From Armatimonadota bacterium (GTDB lineage: Bacteria; Armatimonadota; SYMT01): 64,000 nucleotides of DNA. Below, piece by piece: positions 47,899-57,184 of the stretch; position 1 is the first letter of the stretch; every line of letters starts with the position of its first letter. The notes under the pieces were generated by a model. The model saw only the letters and a program-made list of their open reading frames with translations. It was not told the DNA's origin and did no database searches. Both the position numbers and the translations under genes were made by a program. The stretch covers positions 32,001 through 96,000 of the forward strand of contig JAWLHY010000008.1 of the NCBI GenBank assembly GCA_041690135.1, given 5' to 3'.

Positions 47899-50466
47899 TC
47901 AGGGGCGGAGACCGATCTGGCGAGTGATGGACGGGTCTTTGATCCTGGTGTCTTCGGCGAGCATGAAGGCCTTGCTGAGGATCACTGAGAGGGTCCGGTC
48001 CCCTTCGAAGGGAAGGAAGACCTCCTCGCGGGCTTTCTCGCCCCGGTCGGGAACGATGCAGAGGTACTGATCGTTCGGCTCCATCAGGATGTTGCTGCTG
48101 CCCAGGTGGATCTTGTACGTCCGCAGCGTGCCCTTAACCCGGAGAAACTTACCGTCCACCGAACACCGGTCGCGGATCTTCAGGCGGGGCAGCAGTCGCT
48201 GCAGCAACTGCTTGCGGGTCTCCGCGGAATTGGAGAGGTCCCCGAACGAGTAGCTGTGCCAGTAGTCCTGGAATTGCTGCGTCCCGCGATCCATCCAGGC
48301 GGGATCGTTGCCGACGCTGGCCACGCCCACGAACAGGTCCACGTCCCGCATGACTTCCGTGAAAGCTAGCGCGGGAACGTCGGTGAGCGGAACCACCGTC
48401 TCTCCACGCATGAAGCGCACCTGGTCCGTGCTCACGTAGAGGCAGATGCCGGTTTCCGACATGCCGTTCACGCCGTCGCCGATCGGATCCACCCAGAACT
48501 CAGCGCGGAGGTCCCACTCCGGCACGACCCGAACGGCAATCGGGACCTCGCCGCTATCGAAGCCGCCCTGGATCCGATAAGTCCACCCGCGCTGGTCGCA
48601 AAGGGCCTTGAACTGGTGCTGCTTCAAGACATGCGCCGCGAAGCGGTTCGAGTAAATGTGGGTAGCCAGCTCTGCGTCCGTGAGGAGGTAAATCTCACGG
48701 TGCGCCTGTTTGAATGGCTGGGTGACGGCATTCTCCTCCAGCCAGGTGCGCCATTGCAGCACGGTCTCGGGATCGAACCCCACCGGGTGCCAGAGCCGGA
48801 CCCGGGTAGACTCTTGCAGCCAGCCGAGGGGTTGGCCCTGCACGTCCACCGGCGTCCCACCGTGTGGGATCGCCAGGGCGGTCCGCTCTCCCTCTCGGAA
48901 ATGCCAGATCAGCCTTCGCGTAAGGGGCGCGAGGAGCGGATGCTCCAGGTAGCGCTCTCTCCAGTCGGCCAGGGTCCACTCGCGCTCGGTGATGAGCAGG
49001 CGCTCCACACGGTCCCGCTGTGCGGGGAGCAGCTTCTGGATCTCCTTCAGAGTCTGCTGGAGGGCCTTCAGTTCCTCGGCGTGGCCGCGCTTCACTTCCG
49101 CAGGGACCGCCTTCTGCGGCTTTCCTTCCTGCGTAAACCAGGTGAGCCGCACGTCTCGCGTGCCGTCCAGGCGGACTTCCGCGACGCACTCTCCAATCTG
49201 AGAGCGGTAACTACCCGAAATCTCCAGTCCGAAGGTGGGAACCGCCATCTCTTCCAGATCGGTGGGCGTCAGGCCGGCGCGGACCGCGGCGGCTTCCAAG
49301 GCCTTTTCGATCTGCTTCAGGGCGCTCGGGTTCTCGACGCGTGATTTGAGGCGGCTCAACTGCGCGGCGGCCTCGGTGCGGGGTGAGAGGCTCAGGGCGT
49401 GCACCGCCCCATTCCCGACTTTCGGACAGCGCGGGCCGTGCCAGGTCACCTTTCGATAACAGGTCTCGGCGAGGTCGCCCAGGAGATGCGGAAGTGGGGA
49501 AGCATCGACCGGCGCGCAGCACCACGCTAACCCTTTGAGAAGGTCCGCGTTGCCGTCGGCCAGGATCAGGTCCGGGTCCGGCACCCATTCGCTCTCACGC
49601 TCGCGATGGTCCGTGCGGCGCTCCACCACGAGAGGAAGCCAGTGCTGCATCCGCTGTACGAAGAGTTCCGTACCCAGACTCTCCACCCGGCTGGCGGCCT
49701 CTTTCAGCCATTTCGCGGACGGCTTGGAGCTGTCCGCGGTGCGAGCATGGGAGAGCAACGCCTCCCAGGCAGCGCGCTCCACCGGCGGGGCAGTGGAGAG
49801 GTCTTGCCGGAGCGCGTCGGCCCACGGTTCCCCTGGTTCCGGTAACAAAGAGCCGTGGTTACCCCGGAGCGCATCGATCCGCGCCACCAGTTTCCGGATT
49901 TCGGCATCGTCCTGCCTGGCCTCCGGGGCCGGACGAATCCTCCCGAGTTGCTCCGTCGCACCCTCCGGTAGACCGGACTCTGAAGCGATCCGCTCGACGA
50001 GCGTGATCAGGCGGGCCATCGGAAAGTCCACCGGAAAGAGCAGCCGCGGGTTAGGGGCTCGGAACGCCTCGGTAATGCGCGCAGTCCGCTCCAGGATGAG
50101 CGAAAGTGCCGCCCAGTCGACGGGCAGCTTGCGGGCGAGGAGGCGGTCCAGTACCTGCAAGGTAGTCCGTTGTGCGCGGAATCCCCAGTGCTGCGCTTCT
50201 CCGCTCCGGGGCACCTTCACCACGAGGGCCCGCTCCAACGCGGCATGGACCACGCCGAGTTGCTGCTCCGGCTCCATCTCGAGAATCGCCTGGCCGGCAG
50301 GGAGATCACCCAGCGCGGGAATGCGAGAGTAGACGCCGACGCCGGACGCACTCGCTTCCAGAAAGGCTTCGAGGGCGCGGGCGGCCTCAACAGGCGCCGG
50401 CTCCAGGTCGCTGGCCGGCGGCGTGCCGGCCGGCAGCAGGTTACGGACAAAGCCCAGGATGTCCAT
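47899..50466 (-). CDS. DUF4132 domain protein
   Basis: HPLL..RRLIW, VRLWHP, QPFKQAHRE.Y, YSNRFAAH, FTEVMRDVDLFV, HLGS.NILMEPNDQYLCIVP and LSKAFML motifs. Confidence 0.88.
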   Translation of the reverse strand: MDILGFVRNLLPAGTPPASDLEPAPVEAARALEAFLEASASGVGVYSRIPALGDLPAGQAILEMEPEQQLGVVHAALERALVVKVPRSGEAQHWGFRAQRTTLQVLDRLLARKLPVDWAALSLILERTARITEAFRAPNPRLLFPVDFPMARLITLVERIASESGLPEGATEQLGRIRPAPEARQDDAEIRKLVARIDALRGNHGSLLPEPGEPWADALRQDLSTAPPVERAAWEALLSHARTADSSKPSAKWLKEAASRVESLGTELFVQRMQHWLPLVVERRTDHRERESEWVPDPDLILADGNADLLKGLAWCCAPVDASPLPHLLGDLAETCYRKVTWHGPRCPKVGNGAVHALSLSPRTEAAAQLSRLKSRVENPSALKQIEKALEAAAVRAGLTPTDLEEMAVPTFGLEISGSYRSQIGECVAEVRLDGTRDVRLTWFTQEGKPQKAVPAEVKRGHAEELKALQQTLKEIQKLLPAQRDRVERLLITEREWTLADWRERYLEHPLLAPLTRRLIWHFREGERTALAIPHGGTPVDVQGQPLGWLQESTRVRLWHPVGFDPETVLQWRTWLEENAVTQPFKQAHREIYLLTDAELATHIYSNRFAAHVLKQHQFKALCDQRGWTYRIQGGFDSGEVPIAVRVVPEWDLRAEFWVDPIGDGVNGMSETGICLYVSTDQVRFMRGETVVPLTDVPALAFTEVMRDVDLFVGVASVGNDPAWMDRGTQQFQDYWHSYSFGDLSNSAETRKQLLQRLLPRLKIRDRCSVDGKFLRVKGTLRTYKIHLGSSNILMEPNDQYLCIVPDRGEKAREEVFLPFEGDRTLSVILSKAFMLAEDTRIKDPSITRQIGLRP

Positions 50467-50474
50467 GGATGCGG

Positions 50475-50867
50475 TTACCCTCCCACCAGGGGCACCAGGC
50501 GCACGAAGCTGACGGTCGTGTCGAGACGGATCTCGATCTCTTCGTCCAGGCTCTCCACCTGACGGTCGTCCACCAGGATGAAGAAACCGTTGCGCTCGAA
50601 GGCCTCGATAGCGCGGGTGTACTGTTGCTCCCAGTCGATCTTCCGCCGCTGGCGCAGCTTGTAACCGTTCAGCACCCGTTCCGCGTCGGTGGGCTGAACG
50701 AGGCCGCGGAAGTGCTCCGGCTCCTTGAGGTTAAATTCCTGGACTTCCTCGTACACCCGCTTGCGAATCAGCTCCCGGGTGGTGATCCGCTGGGTCAGGA
50801 AAACGAGCGTGAGGCGGCCCGTGCGCTCCCCGGCCGCGGTTTCGTCGAAGATCGTCAGTACCGGCAT
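50475..50867 (-). CDS. hypothetical protein with ubiquitin-like C-terminal ...VSFVRLVPLVGG
   Basis: 130 aa with GGGAG RBS; ends in GG-stop 8 nt before the DUF4132 ATG. Confidence 0.85.
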   Translation of the reverse strand: MPVLTIFDETAAGERTGRLTLVFLTQRITTRELIRKRVYEEVQEFNLKEPEHFRGLVQPTDAERVLNGYKLRQRRKIDWEQQYTRAIEAFERNGFFILVDDRQVESLDEEIEIRLDTTVSFVRLVPLVGG

Positions 50868-51217
50868 GGTTTGCTCCCTTTATGTTCCGTGGGAGTTCTC
50901 GAGAACTCTTTGTATCGAACATCGGGCTCGTCGTGCCGGCTTCCAGCCGGCGAGGGGCTGACCTGGACCGTCGATCACATTTTACGGCGATGTTCGTGTC
51001 CCCGTCGAAGGTCACGTCCTCCAGCAAGGTGTCGTCCTCCACGAGGAGGTCGGCCAGGAAGTAGCACCGTCCATTGCGGAAATTCTACCGGCGGAATACC
51101 GCCTCCGCCTCCATCCGATCAGCGGGCAAGCGAGGGTCTTGAGAGCGTTCGATGGGCCGCAGTCGGCGGCGAACTTGGGCGAACCACTTGCTGAGTGTCA
51201 TAACGACTCGACAGAAC

Positions 51218-52513
51218 TCAACGCGGCAATTCCAGATGGAATTCGGCGCCATGGGGATGGTGGGGTGTGAAGGAGACTCTGCCACCGTGGATTTGTTCCA
51301 CCACTCTGCGCACCAGCAGTAGGCCCAGGCCGCTTCCCGTCTCCTTGGTCGTAAAGGGTTCCTGGAAGAGCAGGCGGCACTTCTCGGCGGGAATGCCCGG
51401 GCCCTCGTCCCATACCGTGATCTTCACGGCACCGTCTTGAACGTGGACGCGGACCCCCATCTTTCCCCGTTCTTCCACGGCATCGAGGCTGTTTCGTAGC
51501 AGGTTCAACAGCGCCTGTCGTAGTAGCCGCGGATGCCCTTGCAAGGGAGGGAGCTGTTCCCAGTCCCCATCCAGTTCGACGATGCAGGGATGGGAAACGC
51601 CCAGGGAAATCACCAGGTTCCGCAGCAGGACCGGGAGCTTGATCTCCTCCGGCTGCCGGTTATCGGCCCCACCCAGGATTCGCAGGTCCTCAATGAGCCG
51701 GAGCATCTGCTCTACCTGGCGCTGACAACGCTCCACCACGCGCGTGGGGGTTTCCTCCTGCACCATTTTCCGCAGCAGGTCGAGGGAGGTGGTGAGGGTC
51801 CAGAGGGGCGTGACCAGTTCGTGTGCCGTGAACGAAGACAACCGCGCCAAGGTGGTTAACGCCGCCGAAACCTCGGTTCGCTGCCGGGTGGCGAATTCCT
51901 GGGAAATCACCTCCGCAAGGTGTGGGGAGAGGAGCAGCCGGTCCGGGGCGCCGTCCTGGAGACTGGTGCTGATGTCGACCGCCCCCACGATGTTCCCCAC
52001 GCTGTTCCGGATGGGTGACCCGAAGCAGGCGAAGTCATGAAAGGGGGCGAGGTAATGCTCGGAGCCTATTACGGCCACCGGCCGCCCGGCCGCCAATGCC
52101 GTGCCGGCTCCGTTCGTCCCCATAACAGGTTCGGACCAATCGTAGCCGGGGATGAGCCCAAACACCTGCATGGCGGCCGTGTCCGAGCCGGTAGAGGAGA
52201 GGATAATTCCCTCGCAATCGGTGATGTAGACGACGTGAGGAATCTGGGAGAGGATCAGGGAAGCCCATGCCAGGTGCGGTGTAGCGATCTCCAGCAGGTT
52301 GCGGTTGTCCGCGATCCGGCGCTCCAACTCCCCATCATCGATTCGCTTCAACTCAACCTTGGCAGCTTGGGGATCCAGACCCGCGTCTCGACTCCGCTCC
52401 CAGGAATGCAGGATCACGTCCTTGAGGGGCGCCTGATGATTCGAAGTTGCCAGGAACTCCTCCCACTGGCGGTATGTTGAGTTCACCGGGCGTATCCTTC
52501 CGTCGCCGGGCAA
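51218..52513 (-). CDS. GAF (AcoR-type) sensor histidine kinase
   Basis: SWERS, WSE..MGTNGAGTAL, GAVDIS; AHELVTPL H-box, NLLRNS, DEGPGI, FTTK and GSGLGL. Confidence 0.88.
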   Translation of the reverse strand: MPGDGRIRPVNSTYRQWEEFLATSNHQAPLKDVILHSWERSRDAGLDPQAAKVELKRIDDGELERRIADNRNLLEIATPHLAWASLILSQIPHVVYITDCEGIILSSTGSDTAAMQVFGLIPGYDWSEPVMGTNGAGTALAAGRPVAVIGSEHYLAPFHDFACFGSPIRNSVGNIVGAVDISTSLQDGAPDRLLLSPHLAEVISQEFATRQRTEVSAALTTLARLSSFTAHELVTPLWTLTTSLDLLRKMVQEETPTRVVERCQRQVEQMLRLIEDLRILGGADNRQPEEIKLPVLLRNLVISLGVSHPCIVELDGDWEQLPPLQGHPRLLRQALLNLLRNSLDAVEERGKMGVRVHVQDGAVKITVWDEGPGIPAEKCRLLFQEPFTTKETGSGLGLLLVRRVVEQIHGGRVSFTPHHPHGAEFHLELPR

Positions 52514-52635
52514 GTCCGGGTAGGGCTATGCAGTTGCTAGTGTGGCGGTCATTTCATCCGGAGCCCGCCAATGACCTTCCCTGAATGTGTGGGTTCTTGT
52601 GGGCATTCCGCGATCAGGATCCTGCTCGGCGCGCT

Positions 52636-55600
52636 TTAATGGGATCGGTTGGGTAGCAAATGATCCACCTCCTGCCGGAGAAGATGGATTTCCAGGCGGG
52701 TGTCCCAATCGACGTTCACCGGCAGGGTCTGCTCCAAATCACGAACTACGCGTTGGGTCAGGCGCCTGGCCTCATCCACGGCGCCAGTGCGGATCAGGGC
52801 CAGGGCATGAAGAAGGCGGTCCGACAGAGCGTTGGGATCGCTCTGGATCGCGGCGGCCTGCTGCATGGTCCTGACCGCCTCCGTGGGCCGACCTGCCCGC
52901 AGGTACAGGGCTCCCAGGGTATTGAGCCAGTGGTGGTTTCGCGGTTCCTCCTGCAGTAGCTTCTGGAGCATCGCAATCCCACGAGTTAGGACCTCGGGGT
53001 CCGGGGTTCCCAGGGCCAGCGTCCACGCGGTCAGATCCTGCTCGCGGTCGGTTCCGTGGGTTTCGAAGCGCGCCAGCATTGCGCGGCAGGTAGAGCGGTA
53101 ACCGTAAGAATTTCCGGCGCCGAGTTGGGTGAGGGCCAGCCGGTAGTAAGTGAGGTAGGAGTCCCGGTCACCTTGCAGGGTGGCCGCAAAGTCCCGACTC
53201 GCTTCGGCCCAGCGTCCGCACTCTGCCAGGGCAGTCGCGCGGCGGGAGTAGAGGTTCCAATCCTGGGGTTGCGCCCGGATCAACGGTGACAATTGGCGCG
53301 CCGCCTCACGCCAGAGGCCGGCCCGCTCCGCGGCATTCGCCTGTTCCAGGTGCCACGCCAGGTCCGGCCCGGGCGCGCTTCCCGCGGTGGGAGTCCGGGA
53401 TGCCGCGAACTCTCGCCAGTACGCTGCAATGGTGCCGGCCGGAGCCGGCTCAAGCCGGCTGTCCGCTCCGGGGCGCAGTCCGGACAGGAGCACGGCCAGG
53501 CGGGAAAGCTCGGCCGTGCTGCGTCGGTCGGGCCGCAGGGCCAGCACCTGTACCTTGCCGTTGCGGAGAGTAGCCACCACACGGTGCCCGTCCGGAGTAA
53601 ACCGGAGTTCCCCCTCACCTTCCAACGGGGTCGGGAGTGTGACCGGTTCACCGAGATGGGTGTCCCACACCTGCAGCCGGTCGCCGGAGAGCGAAGCCAA
53701 CCAGCGGGAGTCCCGGCTGAATTCCACTCGGGTCACGGCTTCGGCGTGGTGGAGTGGAGAACAGAGCGGGCGACGCGAGCCGATGTCCCAGACCCGCGCC
53801 GTTCCCCCGGCGCCGGCAGTTGCCAGCCGACGTCCGGTCGGGTCCAGCGCCACATGGATCCATGCTTCGCCATCCCACTGGGCGACGGTTTCTTCCTGTC
53901 CGCTCCGCAGATCCAGTCTTTGCGCGTAGCCGTAGAGGTTGCCGACCAGAAAGTGTCCGTTCCCACGGCCGGGAGTGAAACGCGCGATGCCGGACATCGA
54001 GTAGGTGCGAAACCGGGGGTGATCCCAGGCGCCGTTCCATACCAACAGGCGGTCCGCGTCCGCAGCGAAAGCGAGCCGGCCGTTAGGAAGCGAGACCGGG
54101 TGTCCGCGGCTCGGTGACCAGGGCACGCCTAGCGTCAGGAAACGCGCGGTCTCCACGTCGATCACTGCGATGCTGTTTTCGGCGAGGCTAGCGAGCAGAC
54201 GCCTGCCATCCGTCGCAAACTCCAGATGGCTCACCCGTTTGGGGAGCCGGAGTATCTTCCGGGCCACTCCGCGCTGCGCCTCCCAAATCCATACCCGGTT
54301 ATCCATGGTGGCGGTTGCGGCCAGGCGGCCATCCGCATTCAGGGTCGCCGCCAGGAGAGGCGACGGGTGGTCTATGGCTGGGCCCGCTGTCCTCTCACGC
54401 GCAATGTCCCACAAGCGCGCCGCTCCCTGGGTCAGAGCGATGAATGCGTGATGCGCATCCCGCGTGGCTACGGCGGGAAGGGCCGCCGCGACCGGGCGCA
54501 GCGTGCGGACCGGTGGGGCGGACGCAGTGCAGTCCCAAAGGCGTACCAGCCCACCCAATCCGAAGGTGACGATTCGCCGGCGCGACGGCAAGAGCGCCCC
54601 GTATCTGACCGTGCTATCGAGGAAGTGGGGTTGTCGGATCAGATCTCCCGTGTCCGTATTCCACTGGGCCAGGCGTCCATTTCCTTCCAGCGTCCAGACC
54701 ACGCTTCCGCCGGCGTCCCACTCCACACGGAGTGGCTGTTGTTCCAGGCGAGGGGAGGACGCGATCAGGGCTCCCGTGTCCGCGCGCCGGAAGTGCACCC
54801 GATTTCCGTGGAGCACCGCTATTCGCCGTCCGTCCGGGCTGATGCGGATCGTTGCCAGTGCTTCCGCGCCCCCGAGGTCCGCGAGCAGCCGGCCTTCCGC
54901 GATAGACCAGATCCGAAAGCGATCGCTCGCGGCGCTTACGTGTCGCCCATCCGGGGTGAAAGCGGTGGAGGCGACCCGCGGATAGGGGACCTCCGGGCCT
55001 ACCTGCCGCCCGGTGGAGGCATTCCAAATCCGGTAACGGCTTTGCTCGCCGTCATGGGCCGAGGTAACGATTTGCCGTCCATCCGGGCTGAAACGGGCGT
55101 CATAAACTGGAGCGTTGTGAGGGAAGGCGGGGCCTACCGGGGCGGCGGTATGAAGGTCCCAGAGCTGCGCCTTTTGCTGGATCACCAGGAGGACACGGGT
55201 GCCGTCCGGGCTCACGTCCGTCGCGGCAATTTCCTCACGCCGGCTGATCGGCAGGCCTTGCGCCCGACCGTTGGATAGGTCCCAGCAGCGCACCTCGCGA
55301 TTGGAAGGTTGGGACAGCAGCCATCGACCATTTGGGTTCAACACCATTCGCCTACCGGCGGAGTGCGGGAGCGGTGGCAGTACGTCCCGACCGGTGACCG
55401 CATCAGTGACCCGGATGCGATGGTCGGAGCACTGGGCAATCACACGCTTTCCGTTCGGAGTGATTTCCACGCCCACCACTGTGGAAGGGTGCCGCCATAC
55501 TTGCAGAAGACGCGGAGCCGCGGCCAGCGTGGAAGCGATCCGGAGGCGGTGGCCCAATTCCCGCTCTGGTGCACCCTGATCTTGTCGCAGGGCTTCGACG

Positions 55601-57156
55601 TACCACACCAGCGCTCCGGGTGTGTCGCCGGCACGGGCGCGAGCGGTGCCCCTGTCCACCAGGAGCCGTACGAGGCGATGCCGGGCGGTTTCGCGACCTT
55701 GCGCCGCAGCGCGGCCCAGAGTTCTGGCCTTCTGTTCGCGATCTGCGGCGAGCGCTCGCGCCGCTTCGGCCTGCTCGCGAGCGTGCTCGGCACCGTCGTG
55801 CGCGGCTGTCAAGTCTTCCAACGTCGTGCGAAGCTGACTGAGTGCCCCTTCCTTCTCGGAGAGCGCCATCCGTAGGAGGCCGGCCGTATGGCGAGCCTCA
55901 CGCTCCCCGCGCACCGCGGCGACAGCGAGGACGGCGATCGTTGTGGTCACGATACCCGATAACGTCGCGGCACGGAACAGGCCCCGCCGGAAAGCCGCCT
56001 GTTGCCGGAGCAGCTCGCCGTGCGGCAGGTGGGCCTCGATCCAGCGACGATCGAAGGCGCGCAGATAGATCCGGTTGCGAACCCGGAGGTACCCTCGCTC
56101 GCTGCGCACAATCCCCGCGAGCCGCAGGGTCGACACGAGGGAGCTCACCGTCTCATCCGCAACCCGCTTGCCGCCGAGAATGCGCTGATACAGTTGGAGG
56201 AGGGCCGCGGTGTCCGCATCCCGCCGGAGCAGGCAATTCTGGACAAATGCCAGGTTGTCGTTTCGCTGCTGAGAAAGGGGGGTGAAGAAAATCTCTTGGC
56301 AGGCGCCGTCCACCACTACCCGTAGGCCCCGGTCGAAATGAGTGTTCTTGCCGGCGGAACGGGCAACCGCGGCGCAGAGTAATTGGGTGAGGTAGGGGTG
56401 TCCTCCGGTCCAGTACAAAATGCGTTCCAGCAGGCGCTGGGCCGCTTGAGGAGATTTCCCGGTACGCTGCAGAAGGCCACTGGCCAGGGGGGCCGCTTGT
56501 GCGGCGGTGAAATCGGTGAGCTCAATGCGAGTGCCGATGTTGAACGGGGTATTTCGAGGGTCTCGGATCAGGTCGGAAGGAGCCACCACTCCCAGGAGAC
56601 AGAAGGTTATTTGTGCCACGGACCGGTCGCGGGCCCGACGCGTGTGGAGCTCGCGGATCGCGGCGAACAGCTCATCCGTGGCGAAGGGAAGGGACCGCAC
56701 GGTGTCGATCTCGTCGACGAAGACGACCAGGGTGGGGAAGTCCGGTTCTTGCGAACCGCTCTCTTGCTCCTTACACTTGGCCGCCTGTCGCAGCGCCGCC
56801 AGGAACCGGATCATGGGTCCGAGGGCCTGGTTTTCCCGCCAGAACGCGTCCAGGACCTCGTCGAGGTCCAACTGCTCACCCACCAGGCAGAGCATACTTC
56901 GGTACCATTGTTCCGGAGTGACGCTCTGGCCCAGCGCGGACAGGTCGAGCACGACGATGGCGGCCCCCTCTTGCCGCAGGCGGACCGCCGTGCGCGTCAT
57001 GAGGGAGGACTTGCCCATCTGCCGGGAGGTGAGAACGTAGGAAAACTCTCCCCGGCGGAGCGCCTGGTAGAGTTGACCGTCGGCCTCCCGCTCTACGTAG
57101 CAGGTGGCGTCCGGTGGCAGCGTGCCTCCGACGATGTAGAAATCACCCTTCGGCAT
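52636..57156 (-). CDS. AAA_35 (STAND-like) NTPase - hydrophobic helix/coiled coil - WD40 repeats - TPR protein
   Basis: SRQMGKSS Walker A, FVDEID Walker B, TPFNIG, WTGGHPYLTQ, VRNRIY; many FSPDG/WD repeats; TPR-like tail. Confidence 0.88.
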   Translation of the reverse strand: MPKGDFYIVGGTLPPDATCYVEREADGQLYQALRRGEFSYVLTSRQMGKSSLMTRTAVRLRQEGAAIVVLDLSALGQSVTPEQWYRSMLCLVGEQLDLDEVLDAFWRENQALGPMIRFLAALRQAAKCKEQESGSQEPDFPTLVVFVDEIDTVRSLPFATDELFAAIRELHTRRARDRSVAQITFCLLGVVAPSDLIRDPRNTPFNIGTRIELTDFTAAQAAPLASGLLQRTGKSPQAAQRLLERILYWTGGHPYLTQLLCAAVARSAGKNTHFDRGLRVVVDGACQEIFFTPLSQQRNDNLAFVQNCLLRRDADTAALLQLYQRILGGKRVADETVSSLVSTLRLAGIVRSERGYLRVRNRIYLRAFDRRWIEAHLPHGELLRQQAAFRRGLFRAATLSGIVTTTIAVLAVAAVRGEREARHTAGLLRMALSEKEGALSQLRTTLEDLTAAHDGAEHAREQAEAARALAADREQKARTLGRAAAQGRETARHRLVRLLVDRGTARARAGDTPGALVWYVEALRQDQGAPERELGHRLRIASTLAAAPRLLQVWRHPSTVVGVEITPNGKRVIAQCSDHRIRVTDAVTGRDVLPPLPHSAGRRMVLNPNGRWLLSQPSNREVRCWDLSNGRAQGLPISRREEIAATDVSPDGTRVLLVIQQKAQLWDLHTAAPVGPAFPHNAPVYDARFSPDGRQIVTSAHDGEQSRYRIWNASTGRQVGPEVPYPRVASTAFTPDGRHVSAASDRFRIWSIAEGRLLADLGGAEALATIRISPDGRRIAVLHGNRVHFRRADTGALIASSPRLEQQPLRVEWDAGGSVVWTLEGNGRLAQWNTDTGDLIRQPHFLDSTVRYGALLPSRRRIVTFGLGGLVRLWDCTASAPPVRTLRPVAAALPAVATRDAHHAFIALTQGAARLWDIARERTAGPAIDHPSPLLAATLNADGRLAATATMDNRVWIWEAQRGVARKILRLPKRVSHLEFATDGRRLLASLAENSIAVIDVETARFLTLGVPWSPSRGHPVSLPNGRLAFAADADRLLVWNGAWDHPRFRTYSMSGIARFTPGRGNGHFLVGNLYGYAQRLDLRSGQEETVAQWDGEAWIHVALDPTGRRLATAGAGGTARVWDIGSRRPLCSPLHHAEAVTRVEFSRDSRWLASLSGDRLQVWDTHLGEPVTLPTPLEGEGELRFTPDGHRVVATLRNGKVQVLALRPDRRSTAELSRLAVLLSGLRPGADSRLEPAPAGTIAAYWREFAASRTPTAGSAPGPDLAWHLEQANAAERAGLWREAARQLSPLIRAQPQDWNLYSRRATALAECGRWAEASRDFAATLQGDRDSYLTYYRLALTQLGAGNSYGYRSTCRAMLARFETHGTDREQDLTAWTLALGTPDPEVLTRGIAMLQKLLQEEPRNHHWLNTLGALYLRAGRPTEAVRTMQQAAAIQSDPNALSDRLLHALALIRTGAVDEARRLTQRVVRDLEQTLPVNVDWDTRLEIHLLRQEVDHLLPNRSH

Positions 57157-57184
57157 AATGGGCGTTGGCGGACCTCGCCCGCCT

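Noticed and set aside
47480-47927. ORF 47604-47927 as a gene
   Set aside because: it starts in low-complexity repeat-like sequence, overlaps the DUF4132 stop and has no recognisable motif; at most a remnant
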